A DNA stretch of 64,000 bases from Mobula hypostoma (lineage: Eukaryota), in NCBI RefSeq assembly GCF_963921235.1, contig NC_086114.1, positions 21,266,001 through 21,330,000 of the forward strand, given 5' to 3'. Below are positions 49,693-61,139 of the stretch, piece by piece. Position 1 is the first letter of the stretch. Every line of letters begins with the position of its first letter. The notes under the pieces were generated by a model. It did no database searches. It saw only the letters and a list, made by a program, of their open reading frames with translations, and was not told the DNA's origin. Position numbers and translations under genes: made by a program.

Positions 49693-51907
49693 AGATAAAA
49701 AATTTTAAAAAGCACCTATGCTTCATTTTCGTGGTTTTCATGTTTGTTGTTGCTGCATTACAACAGAACAGGTTTAAATTATTCCTACCAGCTGTGGAAG
49801 CATACCTCCCGGTTACACCATCATTTATGTCATGTACTTCAAGGAGTCGGATTGACAGTAATAGAAATGGAGCACGTACTGCAATTTCCATGTCCATAGC
49901 AGGTAGGCACAAATGGAGGATAGTGGCTTTATCACTTTGTCAGATTTGTACCAGGGCTGTTGCTGCTGCAATTCTGCATAAATAAGTGCAAAGGACACAG
50001 TTATATACATAAAATAATTAAAACTTGATTCTAAAATGATTTGTCAATCTTCAGAAGTAACAATTTTGTACTGTGGTGTTGCTCAAACTCATTACTTTTA
50101 ATAATTACAGTAGGAAAGTGAGAAAAGAAAGCTGTAGAATGTCAGCATAAAGAGATTGGGCTTAGAGGATATAACTCAAGTCAAGTTATCCAGAGTCCAC
50201 ACAGACTCTGTTTATGGCTAAACATTTTTCGTGTGTTCCTCAGGTTGTAGCTGGCGCAATTTGTGATCTGTAGTTCCATTGATTAGGCAATACCAAAATC
50301 GTCATCCTTGTTGTACTGTAACCGTTCTTAATGGCTTACACCTGATATTCTGTCGAGAACACTGCTTCCACTGTGGGGATGACCGGATTTTGCATTGTGT
50401 TGCTTGGGATGGCCCGCAGAATATGCAGAACCGCAATGAATTCATGATTTTTTTCACTCAAGAGGATTGTGAGAGTGTGAACTGTACCAGTGTTAAGTGG
50501 TGCATGCAAGCTCGATTTCAATGTTTAAAAGAAATTTGGATGGGTACATGGATAGAGGGTATGGTCCGGGTGCAAGTTATTGGAGTAGGCAGTTTTAAAT
50601 GGTTCAGCAGAGTAGATGGGCCAAAGAACCTGTTTCTGTGCTGTACTTTTCTGTGACTCCTTGAGTAGGTCCCAGTCTTCAGGCTCTGCCATATCTACTA
50701 TGGTAACTGGAGTCAGACAACAACAGCTCATTGGTCCAAGTCCTTGCCAACTGCAGTCAATCACTTTGCAGTCCTATATCCTCCAATAATGAATGTGCTG
50801 TTCGTCTAGGACAGCAAATGGATAAATAGCTACCAATGGCCAAATTAAAGCATAAACATAGAAAACACAAGTCAGACATACATAATCTTCCCAGGTTGCA
50901 ACTCCTGACTCATGTCAGCCCATACATAGAAGCAAGCATTTGGGAGACCAGCTACCCTGTATATCGATTTCTGGTTAAGGCATCTTCTGCCACGGGGGAG
51001 CAAGCAGGGCACAGCAACAGAACGCTGCCGCAACATTGGGATGGCCTGTATATTGTACTTGAGATGTACGTAGGGTTTGAGCAACCTGCTACCGTGTAAA
51101 GTAGCCAGTTGCAGAGGGGATTGGAATCTAGGAGCATGGATCACGGTCTCAGAATAAAGAGCAGGCTGTTAAGGGATAAGATGAGCAGAATTTTCATAAA
51201 ATGTTGTACTCCAAAAGGCTGTGGAGTCATAAAATGTACTCGGAGGTCAATTGATTGCTAGATATTAAAGGTGACATGGGCTCAGGGTGGCAGTAGGGGC
51301 GGCACGGGGCATGGACAGCATGGCAAGAGGGGGCACTGGGTGATGGTGGGACAGCTGAAAGTATATGTTAAACCATAAGACATATGAGCAGAATTAGACC
51401 ATTCTGCCCATCGAGGCTTCTCCGCTATGCCATCATAGCTCATGGGGAAGGTGGGAGGAGAAACAGGTAGGGGTGTCAAAGCTGAGAAGGGGATATAGGA
51501 CTTCAGGGCGAGAGGAGGGGGAACACGCGAAAATCAGGGCGAGAATCGGAGCTGAAGTCAAGGATCGGCTAAGCTCCCGGTGGAGGCAGAGCAGGCTCTG
51601 AGAGTCGGGTGGCCTAATCCTGCTCCAAATTACTTTACGACGTGGCGTTTGTAACAGCGGAGCCCTACTCCACTCGAGGGTCATGTTCACAAACCGCCAA
51701 GTGGGACCCCGCCGATTCTGTCTGTCTGTATCTTGTTTTACGGCGGTTGGCATCCAGCTTAATGGTGCATTACCGCCACCCTCTGCTCCAGAATGTGCAC
51801 TAGACATACATTCTAAATCCCTTCTCACACACACACACACACACACACACCCCTACACTTCACCCTCCCATCTTTGACCATCCTAGTATCCTATTCCTGT
51901 TTATTCG

Positions 51908-54900
51908 TCATATTCTATAAAAAACCCCTGTACCCCTTAAAAACGCTAAAAATACCCGGACTTGTGCTCTCTCACCCATGCCCAGCAACCCTTTTAATGT
52001 GAATTCCTGCATCCCCAACTCCCTTAATTTATTTCTCATCATCTCTCTCTGTATCCCATACTTCCTGCAACTCAGAACTACATGTTCTACTGACTCCTCT
52101 TCCTGACATTCCTCACACAATCCTGTCTGGTGTTTCCCTATCATTTTCAATGTTTTGTTTAATGCACAGTGCCCCAGCCTTAACCTAGTCCACACAATTT
52201 CCTCTCTTCTGTTTCCATTACCTACCCTAGTAACTGCAATACTCTTTTGTATTTGATATAAATGCCTCCCTTTCCCCTCCCTGTCCCATCTTTCTTGCCA
52301 CATTCGGTTGACTTTTTCCCAGATTACACACTTAACCTCTGCTTTACTGATACTAATGTGCATTTCCACATTTTCTTTCTTTAACGCCCTCTTTGCCAAC
52401 TCATCCACCCTCTCATTCCCCTTCACCCCTACATGTGCTGGAACCCATAGAAATTTTACCTGACCTCCCTGATTTGCAATTCTTGTAACTAATTGAAGGA
52501 CTTCACAAAGTACATCTTGCCGACTGTGTGAAAAGACCTTAAACTTGCTAGAACTGAGGATGAATCTGAACATATCAATGCTTTGGATGGTCTGGCTTTC
52601 TGCACCCATTGCAACGCAACCAACACTGCCAGCATCTCCACTGTAAACATCCCTAACTTATTAGATGTTCTTCTGCTGATTCCAATTTCTTTTGCTGGTA
52701 TTACCACCCCAAACCCTGTCACTCCTGTTTCAGGTTCCTTCGCACCATCTGTATAAATGTGAGTATAATCACTATACTTTTCCATCACATGACAGTTAAA
52801 TGCATTTACCAAATCTGTTTTATATCTTTCTTTCCTTTTTACCTCTAACAAATGCCAGTCTATGTCAGGCCATACAAGCTTCCATGGAGCTACAACCGGA
52901 TAAACTACTGAAGGACTTATCCTCAGATCAAACACTCCACATTCTTTCGCGATATCATTCCCTACCCGACTAAAGGTATCCCTCTGAAACCTCCCATTTT
53001 CCCAGCACTCCTGCAACACTCCTTTAGTAGGGTGAGAATCATTGTGCCCCTGCAAGTTAGCCCAGTAGTTTGCCATCAGTTGCATCCTTCTTAGTTCCAA
53101 AGGCATTATTCCCATTTCTACCTGTAGGGCCGACACTGGTGACGTTTTAAAAGCCCCACTGCACACTCTCAAGGCCTGAGCCTGAATCACATCCAGTTTC
53201 CTTATAAGAGACCTAGCTGCTGATCCATATACTATATTTCCATAATCCAATACAGATCTTACTAAAGCCACATACATTCTCTTCAAAGCTGAACAACTTG
53301 CTCCCCATTCCCTACCAGTCAAACATCTCATCACATTATTACTTTTTTACATTTCTCCTCAACTTTCCTGATATGGTCTGCCCATGTTAATCGTGAATCA
53401 AATATAACTCCCAGAAATTTAAATGATGCAACCCTTTCTAATTCAACCCCATACATCCTTAACTTCTTCCCTACCTCAACCCTTTTCCTGGTAAAAAATA
53501 CAGTTTGAGTTTTATCTACTGAAAACCTACATCCCCAATCATAACCCCACTCCATCACTTCACCAATTGCTTCTTGTAGTTTCCTGATTATATAGTCCAT
53601 GTTCCTGCCTCTTTTCCACAAGGCCCCATCATCTGCAAACAGTGACCTACCTATATCCACTGGTACCTTTGTGAAGACATCATTGATCATAATCATGAAA
53701 AGTAATGGGCTAATCACACTACCTTGAGGTGTGCCATTTTCCACTATGTACTGTTTTGATAATTCTGATCCAATCCGAACTTGAATTTTTCTACCAAACA
53801 AAAAATCTTTAATCCAATTAAAAACTCTCCCACCAACCCCCATCTTGTGCAGTTTAATTAATAATCCTTCCTTCCACATCATATCATAGACTTTTTCAAT
53901 GTCAAAGAACACTGCCACTACTGACTCTCTATTTGCCTGGGCCTTCCTTATTTCAGTCTCTAACATAATCACTGAGTCCATGGAATTCCTTCCCTTTCTA
54001 AAACCACTCTGATAACTTGCCAGCATTCCCCTTTTCTCAAGCTCATATGATAACCTTTCTGTTATCATCCTTTCCATTATCTTACATATACTTGATGTTA
54101 ATGCAATTGGTCTGTAGCTAGTGGGTTTTGACAGATCCTTGCCAGGCTTCCTTATTGGAATTACTACTGCTTCTTTCCATGCACTTGGTAATCTTCCCTC
54201 CTCCCACACTCTGTTATAAAAATGCAGCAACTTCAAGAGCGCTCCTTCTCCTAGATTTTTTAGCATCACAGAGCATATCAGATCTTTCCCTGGGGAGGTT
54301 GGTCTCGATCTCTTTATTGCTCTCACCATTTCTGCTAATGTAAATGGATCATCAATTATATCATCTGTTCCTTCCCTCCTGCTTAACACACCTGGGTGTT
54401 GGCTCATTATTCTTTCCCTCCTTCTTCAGACAAATTTTCTGAACTGTGTATCAGTACAAATGACTTGGCCATGACCTCAGCCTTATCCCTACTGGAGACT
54501 GCAGTTTCCTCCTCAGATATCATTACTGGATATTCCCATTCCCTTCTATCTCCTCCCATCCTCTTAATCATTCCCCATATCTCTCCCACAGGTGTTGTTC
54601 TTCCTACCTTGTCGCAAAAACTCCTCCAACTTGCCCTTTTAGCTTGACGTATAGTTCTTCTCACCACTGCCTGTGCTTTCTTATATTGAACCAAATGCTG
54701 CATATTATGGGTTCTTTTAACTAGCCTGAATGCTCTATTTCTGTTTTTTACAGCCTGACAACATTCCTCTGTCCACCATGGTACCAGTTTTCTATTCATC
54801 CTATTTTTACTCCTAGGTATAGACCCTTCTGCTGCCATGATAATTGCTGAAGTCACCTGACTGTTTAATTCATCTACATTTCCAGAAATATCAATCTTTG

Positions 54901-55648
54901 TCAACCCTTCTTCACTCAACTACTGGAACTTAGCCCAATCAGCTTTTTCAAACACCCACTTTGGGGTTCCGCCACCTGGTCTTACTTCAACTCTTTCACC
55001 CACTGAACACAAAACTGGGTAGTGATCACTGCCTACTGTTGAAGCAGTCCAAACTCCCCAGTTACTAATGCCAGCCAAGGTATTAGACACTAACGTAATA
55101 TCTAACACTGACTCAGTTCCTGTTGTTATATCTATCCTTGTGCCGCTACCATCATTCATACACACCAAATCCCTTTCTTCCATCAAATCTTCAATTACCT
55201 TTCCATTTGGATCTGTAATCTGATCCCCCCATATTGTGCTATGAGCATTGAAATCTGCACACCACACTACTTTATGTCTGTTTTGTCCTTGTATCTTTAA
55301 TAGGCTGTCCAAATCCAATCTTTTACATGGATTGTAGTAGTTAATTATAACTACTCCCTCCCCTCTCTCCCACACTTCCACCACTATGTATTCCTGATCA
55401 TCTCCTTTCTCCAGTACTCTATATGGTATACCTTGCTTGATTAACATAGCACAACCCCCTCCTCCCCCTAGATTTCTATCTTTCCTTATCATTGTATACC
55501 CATATACCACAAAGTCTAAAGTTGGTTTCAACCAAGTTTCCTGAATACACACTACATCCGGTTTTACAACCATTTCTTTAATAAAGTGCTTGAATTCCTG
55601 GCTATTGGCCAGTAAGCTCCTTGCATTCCATTGTAAAAGAATCACCAT
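51908..55648 (-). pseudogene. LINE ORF2 (APE, RT, RNase H), broken by one stop and three frameshifts
   Basis: QWNARSL, IQETWL, DFNAH, SDHYP; YRPIALTS, PQGSVISP, FADD; YTDG, SDS, WVPAHVG..GNE; stop at 54920, shifts near 54410, 53335 and 52530. Confidence 0.9.
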
Positions 55649-55656
55649 AATTAGTA

Positions 55657-56961
55657 TTAACCAACACATGACACTTCCTGGCTTGACTGATTACTGAGGT
55701 TCTCCCTCACTTCCTCCCATGTCAGTCCTACTAACCCTAAATGGTTTACTGCTGCTTTTACCACCAGCTGAATTTTGTCACTTTTTGACTTTACCTCAGC
55801 AGTACTATTAATCACTCCTGCAATGAATGTTACTAGAGCCTTTTTGTCTACATAAATCCTGTCATTTGTTCTTTGTTGCATCTCTCGTATCCCTATTGCT
55901 CCCTGTTCATTAGGAGCATTATTCTGTTCTCTTGACATTCTTACAGCTTCTGCATAAGTGATCTTTCTTTTCACTCTTATTTCTTGAATTTTAGTCTCCT
56001 GTCTCACAACCTCACACCCACTATATGCAACATTATGAGCTCCTCCACAATTGCAGCATTTTGGTTGAACTCCTGTTCCGCACTTTCCATATTTATGATC
56101 ACCCCCACATCTAACACATCTCCTCTGCCTTTTACAGTTTTTAGCCACCTGTCCAAACCTTTGACAATTATAGCACCTCAATGGCTTTGGCACATACACC
56201 CTTACTGGGTAACTCATGAAACCCAGGAACACCTTCCTTGGCACTCTTTCTTCTTCAAATTCAATCAATACTGATTCACTTTCCTTTTTCACTCCCTCCT
56301 TTGTTGTTTTCAGTCTTTGAACATTCATTACTTTCCCTCCTTTGATATTCCTCTTGATCTCCTCCATATTTATACTCATTGGTATCCCCGTGATCACTCC
56401 TTTACAACCACTGTTTTGTGCTCCCACCCTCCCAGTGTATTCCACCTTGCATTTTCCTATCTTTTTTAGCTTGAGTGCTTTCTCAAGTTGTTCCTCATTC
56501 GCACATCTTACCAATAAGTTGCCATCATTAAGGACTTTTGCAAATACTATTTCCCCTATCTTATTTGTCAGAGTTGTTGTTAGCACAAACGGGTTAATTT
56601 TCTTCATATGTCCCTGAGCCTTCTCATTAAACCTAATTATGACAACACCTCCTCTCTGAGCTTGTTCATCTTCCTCACTTTCAGAGCTTTCTCCACCATC
56701 ATTTCTTATTCTTTTATTCCCTTTGTCTTGGTTTTTATTCATCCGACCCCTCACTACCTCCTCATTCCCTTTATTTCTCCCTTCACAATAATCCACCTCT
56801 CCCCAGCTGCCTACCTCTGGTCCCAAGTCTCTATCCCTCTCCTTCTCCACTTTCTTTCCCTCAACCCCGCCTCTTATCTTGTCCGCCATTACCAGACCCA
56901 CACGACCCCCTTCCAGCAATTTCCGTTCCTTCCCCACTCTCTTTCCCTCAACAGGCTCCAA
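55657..56961 (-). CDS. LINE ORF1 (gag-like, three CCHC-type knuckles), open
   Basis: RCYNCQRFGQVAKNC..RCVRCGGDH..KCCNCGGAH; likely start at MADKIRGG. Confidence 0.88.
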   Translation of the reverse strand: MEPVEGKRVGKERKLLEGGRVGLVMADKIRGGVEGKKVEKERDRDLGPEVGSWGEVDYCEGRNKGNEEVVRGRMNKNQDKGNKRIRNDGGESSESEEDEQAQRGGVVIIRFNEKAQGHMKKINPFVLTTTLTNKIGEIVFAKVLNDGNLLVRCANEEQLEKALKLKKIGKCKVEYTGRVGAQNSGCKGVITGIPMSINMEEIKRNIKGGKVMNVQRLKTTKEGVKKESESVLIEFEEERVPRKVFLGFMSYPVRVYVPKPLRCYNCQRFGQVAKNCKRQRRCVRCGGDHKYGKCGTGVQPKCCNCGGAHNVAYSGCEVVRQETKIQEIRVKRKITYAEAVRMSREQNNAPNEQGAIGIREMQQRTNDRIYVDKKALVTFIAGVINSTAEVKSKSDKIQLVVKAAVNHLGLVGLTWEEVRENLSNQSSQEVSCVG

Positions 56962-57014
56962 AACACAGCCAGCTTCCAGCAGCAGCCCACACTCCCCTCG
57001 ACCCCGCCGATTCT

Positions 57015-57250
57015 ACAGCTACCCCACCTTTTACCGTCACCCCGGCAACCCCGGTCCAGCTGACTGACTACCGACAAGACGGAAGCAGCGGCAAGATGGC
57101 CTCCTCGGCTCCCGCCCCGCGGATCGAGAAGTGACCTCCAGAGGCGAGGCTGCTGAAACAGCCCGGAAGATTTCCAATTAACGTTACTTAACGCAAAGTT
57201 CGATACTGTGAGACAAGCACGGGCAGAGATGATATTGTCGACGCAGTGAT
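57015..57250 (-). promoter_or_regulatory. CpG-island promoter / probable non-coding exon 1 of NUDT13
   Basis: CpG-rich; ETS CGGAAG 57080-57085 and CCGGAAG 57163-57169; YY1 CAAGATGGC 57092-57100; GC box 57111-57118; candidate donor CG/GTAAAA at 57034; CpG-rich sequence continues beyond the LINE at 51500-51719. Confidence 0.6.
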
Positions 57251-58199
57251 AGAGAAGAAAATCATATCAATAAAATCATAGAGTCCTGGAAATACCGATC
57301 AGATCAAAGTGCAGAGACACTGAGCCAATGTTTCTCATCAGTGACCAGAATCATTGAATAGAAAAATTCTGCTTCCGCAAGGTTGCTTTATTTTCATATT
57401 TATTTAACACTCGTCACACCCCAAAGCACGTAGTTTTGTACTGTGGTTGTGACTGCCTTATAACAATTTCCGCAACATATCGCCGCCCCCCCAACACACA
57501 CACACACACACCATCTTTTCACCAGCACTATCCGTCTCTATTCCTCCTGTAGTCCACAACCAGCTACTTTGTTTTTGCGACATTGAGGGAGAGTAGCGAA
57601 CTATTCTCGCTCCTAAGGGACCACCTAAAAAAATAGACTACAGTGGCAACTCCACGGGGAGACTGAGTCCAGAGTTTTAGGACTCATGTCTCTGGAAAGG
57701 AACTTTAACTCCTAAACCTTCAGAGCGGGGGGGGGGGGGGTTGGAATTGTTACAATTAAGCAACAACCGACAAACTATCAAATTGCTTAAATTGATTTGA
57801 AAAGTACAACGAAATATGACAGCAAGTTCCCAGAATAGTAATGTGAAATGGTGAACAGGTTTTGGCACGTTGATTGGAGGCTAAATATAGTTTAGGACAT
57901 TAAAGAGAATTCCTCTCCCTTCTTCAAAGTCGCGGCATTGATCTTTTGACAGTACAAATGATGATGCCCCGGTATTGATTCTCATCCAAAACACCCCCAA
58001 TCTCTGTACTGCAGTAGTCGCAGCATTGAGAGCAAAGAACAAGTAGAAGAAAACAAAGAGATTGGATTCACAAAGAATGTCAAAGAGTGAAGAAGTTATT
58101 TGAGCAATTATTAGCCGTCGACAAATATTTTATATAACATCGCCTGGTTGCCTTTTGTAAATATTCTGTCCTGAAGTTCTAATCAAATTTGAAAATATA

Positions 58200-58815
58200 T
58201 TGAATCCAAAGCGCGAACGAAAGGTGACTTCATGCCGAAGGGGAATGGGGTTCATTGTGTTGATTAATGCAGGAACGGTGGGCAGCGAACAGCACGGTAT
58301 CAGCGTCGGGGAGGGTACATTGACATGGTTGTGCTGTGGGAGACTCGTTCGCCTGCAGCGCCTCTCCACCGTTGGAGGACCTCCGGCTCAGCGCCGCCAA
58401 TGGTCGGAGGACCTCTGGCTCTGTGCCTCTCCTCGGTTGGAGGACCTCCGGCCCAGCGCCCCAGCGGTCGGAGGACCTCTGGCTCAGCGCCTCTCCACGG
58501 TTGGAGGACCTCCGGCTCAGCGCCGCCAGCGGTTGAAGGTCCTCCGGCGCAGCGTTGGCGCTTACCGCGGAGTGTGAGAAGCTGCACGTTTTGTACTGGG
58601 GGGTGCGGCCGGAAAAGCGAGTTTAGACGACGAGTTTAAGGGGGCGGCGAGAGAGAGTGAGGCTCGCCTCTAGGTAGTGGAGTGATAGTCCAGAAGCGCT
58701 GGGAGTACCTTCCTCCCCCAGTGGAAGGAGGCGTAGTTGTGTGAAAGCTAGAATAATCCTAGTTAGGGAGAAGGATTGAGCCGAGCTGTCCGAACAGGCA
58801 AGGCCTAGGTACGAT
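58200..58815 (+). promoter_or_regulatory. Second CpG island; candidate promoter/first exon of a divergent gene (P4HA1 expected by synteny)
   Basis: CpG-rich; GGGGGCGG; HRE-like GCACGT at ~58584-58589; candidate donor AG/GTACGA at 58809; no coding exon found in the window. Confidence 0.4.
58356..58554. repeat. GC-rich minisatellite, six 31-33 bp units in A/B alternation
   Basis: Units CAGCGCC(TCTCCACGGTT or GCCAGCGGTC)GGAGGACCTC(C/T)GGCT. Confidence 0.9.
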
Positions 58816-59214
58816 TTATGGGAACTTTTTAACTCTCACTGCAAATAATTATCCGAGTTATAACTCAGTGTAAATGTTTAAACAAGCTGTGTCATATTTA
58901 TACATAAGTTAATCTTCTCTTCGATTGTTTACCAGTCAGAACTAACTTGGAAGTTCAATTTGCTGTTAAGCATCTTAACATGTTTGTAGGAAGTGACCGA
59001 ATGGAGTTTCCAAATTATACATAGTAACATCCCATTATCAGTCGTGGGATAGATGACTAGCTAATCAAATTTTGATTATTGGTTGAGGGAGAGATGTTAA
59101 CCAAGACATTACCTTGATTCTCCTGGTGTCTATTAACATCCTCTTTAAAGGTAGGTGGTTTAACTTTTCAAATGACAAGGTTTCTGAATAAATCAAAACT
59201 ATTCAGTACTACAC

Positions 59215-60415
59215 GGACAACAGGAGTTCTGCAGATGCTGGAAATTCAAGCAACACACATCAAAGTTGCTGGTGAACGCAGCAGGCCAGGCAGCATCTCT
59301 AGGAAGAGGTACAGTCAACATTTCAGGCTGAGACCCTTCGTCAGGACTAACTGGAGGAAGAGTTAGTAAGAGATTTGGGAGGGGGAGGGGGAGGGGAGAT
59401 CCAAAATGATAGGAGAAGACAGGAGGGGGATGGAGCCAAGAGCTGGACAGGTGATTGGCAAAGGGGATATGAGAGAATCATGGGACAGGAGGTCCGGGGA
59501 GAAAGACGGGGGCGGGAACCCAGAGTATGGGCAAGGGGTATAGTCAGAGGGACAGAGGGAGGAAAAGGAGAGTGAGAGAAAGAATGTGTATAAAAATAAA
59601 TAACGGATGGGGTACGAGGGGGAGGTGGGGCATTAGCGGAAGTTAGGGAAGTCGGTGTTCATGTCATCAGGTTGGAGGCTACCCAGATGGAATATAAGGT
59701 GGTGTTCCTCCAACCTGAGTGTGGCTTCATCTTTACAGTAGAGGAGGCCGTGGATAGACATGTCAGAATGGGAATGGGATATGGAATTAAAATGTGTGGC
59801 CACTGGGAGATCCTGCTTTCTCTGGCGGACAGAGCGTAGGTGTTCAGCAAAGGGGTCTCCCAGTCTGTGTCGGGTCTTGCCAATATATAGAAGGCCACAT
59901 CGGGAGCACTGGATGCTGTATATCACCCCAGCCGACTCACAGGTGAAGTGTTGCCTCACCTGGAAGGACTGTCTGGGGCCCTGAATGGTGGTAAGGGAGG
60001 AAGTGTAAGGGCATGTGTAGCACTTGTTCCGCTTACAAGGATAAGTGCTAGGAGGGAGATCAGTGGGGAGGGATGGGGGGGACGAATGGGCAAGGGAGTG
60101 GCGTAGGGAGCGATCCCTGCGGAAAACGGGGGGGGGAGGGAAAGATGTGCTTAGTGGTGGGATCCCGTTGGAGGTGGCGGAAGTTACGGAGAATAATATG
60201 TTGGACCCGGAGGCTGGTGGGGTGGTAGGTGAGGACCAGGGGAACCCTATTCCTAGTGGGGTGGTGGGAGGATGGAGTGAGAGCAGATGTACGTGAAATG
60301 GGGGAGATGTTTTTGAGAGCAGAGTTGATACTGGAAGAAGAGAAGCCCCTTTCTTTAAAAAAGGAGGACATCTCCTTCATCCTGGAATGAAAAACCTCAT
60401 CCTGAGAGCAGATAC
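59215..60415 (-). mobile_element. Penelope (Neptune-type) 3' fragment
   Basis: VIYSIQCSRCGLLYIGKT GIY-YIG motif; flanking duplication TTCAGTACTACAC at 59202-59214 and 60447-60459. Confidence 0.9.
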
Positions 60416-60576
60416 AGTACTGCACTGAAACGTTCTACACGTTCTGTTCAGTACTACACTGAAAATTTATAGGCAAAATGCATGAACCATATATTTATAA
60501 TCACCTGATCAATAGGTAGGGTAGTTGAGCCAATTGCATTCAAATTAAAGGAAAGATAAATAATTAAGTTTATATG

Positions 60577-60793
60577 CAACGCACACAGAATGCTGGAGGA
60601 ACTCAGCAGGCTAAACAGCATCTATGGAAAAGAGTGAACAGTTGACATTTCAGGCAGAGATCCTTCATCAGGACTCGGCCTGAAACGTGGACTGTTTTCT
60701 CTTTTCCAAAGATGCCTGACCTGCTGAGTTCCTCAAGCATTTCATGTGTATTGCTTGGATTTCCAGCATCTGCAGATTTTCTCGTCTTCGTGC
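60577..60793. mobile_element. Older Penelope-terminus hairpin mini-element
   Basis: Inverted arms around 60670 (GCTGGAGGAACTCAGCAGG / CCTGCTGAGTTCCTCAAGC); imperfect flanking duplication. Confidence 0.7.
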
Positions 60794-61139
60794 TACTTAA
60801 ATTTATGTGTCAGAATGTGGCAAAATGCTATAAAGAGCGCACATTAGAAGTGTTATCCCTGCTGTAAAGTAGGAAAACAACAGCTGATTCATGCATGGCA
60901 GGCTCCTTCATACACCAATGTGATAATTATCAGCTAATCTGTCTTTAAATTAGATGCAATTATTGGTCAGGGAAATACATCTGACAGAGAAGATAGGATA
61001 TTTAGCACATCTGATGATGCATCACGTCCCCATAAGATTATACAGGAATGTTATCCAATCTTTGGGTTGGAATGGGTCTAACTTGGAGAAGTCTAAATAA
61101 ATTCTATTCTGGCTTCAGCAGGTACAGGTATTGATTTTA

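Larger units (their letters stand above)
51720..56999 (-). mobile_element. Near full-length I-group (Nimb-like) non-LTR retrotransposon
   Basis: ORF1 with three zinc knuckles; ORF2 APE-RT-RNaseH-CCHC; 3' end GGTGGCGGTAATGCACC...(ACAG)n; perfect TSD GACCCCGCCGATTCT at 51705-51719 and 57000-57014. Confidence 0.95.

Noticed and set aside
56608-57063. 151-aa + strand ORF
   Set aside because: Antisense to the purine-rich LINE ORF1 5' region
58356-58554. CRISPR-like array of ~32-bp palindromic repeats
   Set aside because: No unique spacers, units are tandem, no cas genes, vertebrate context
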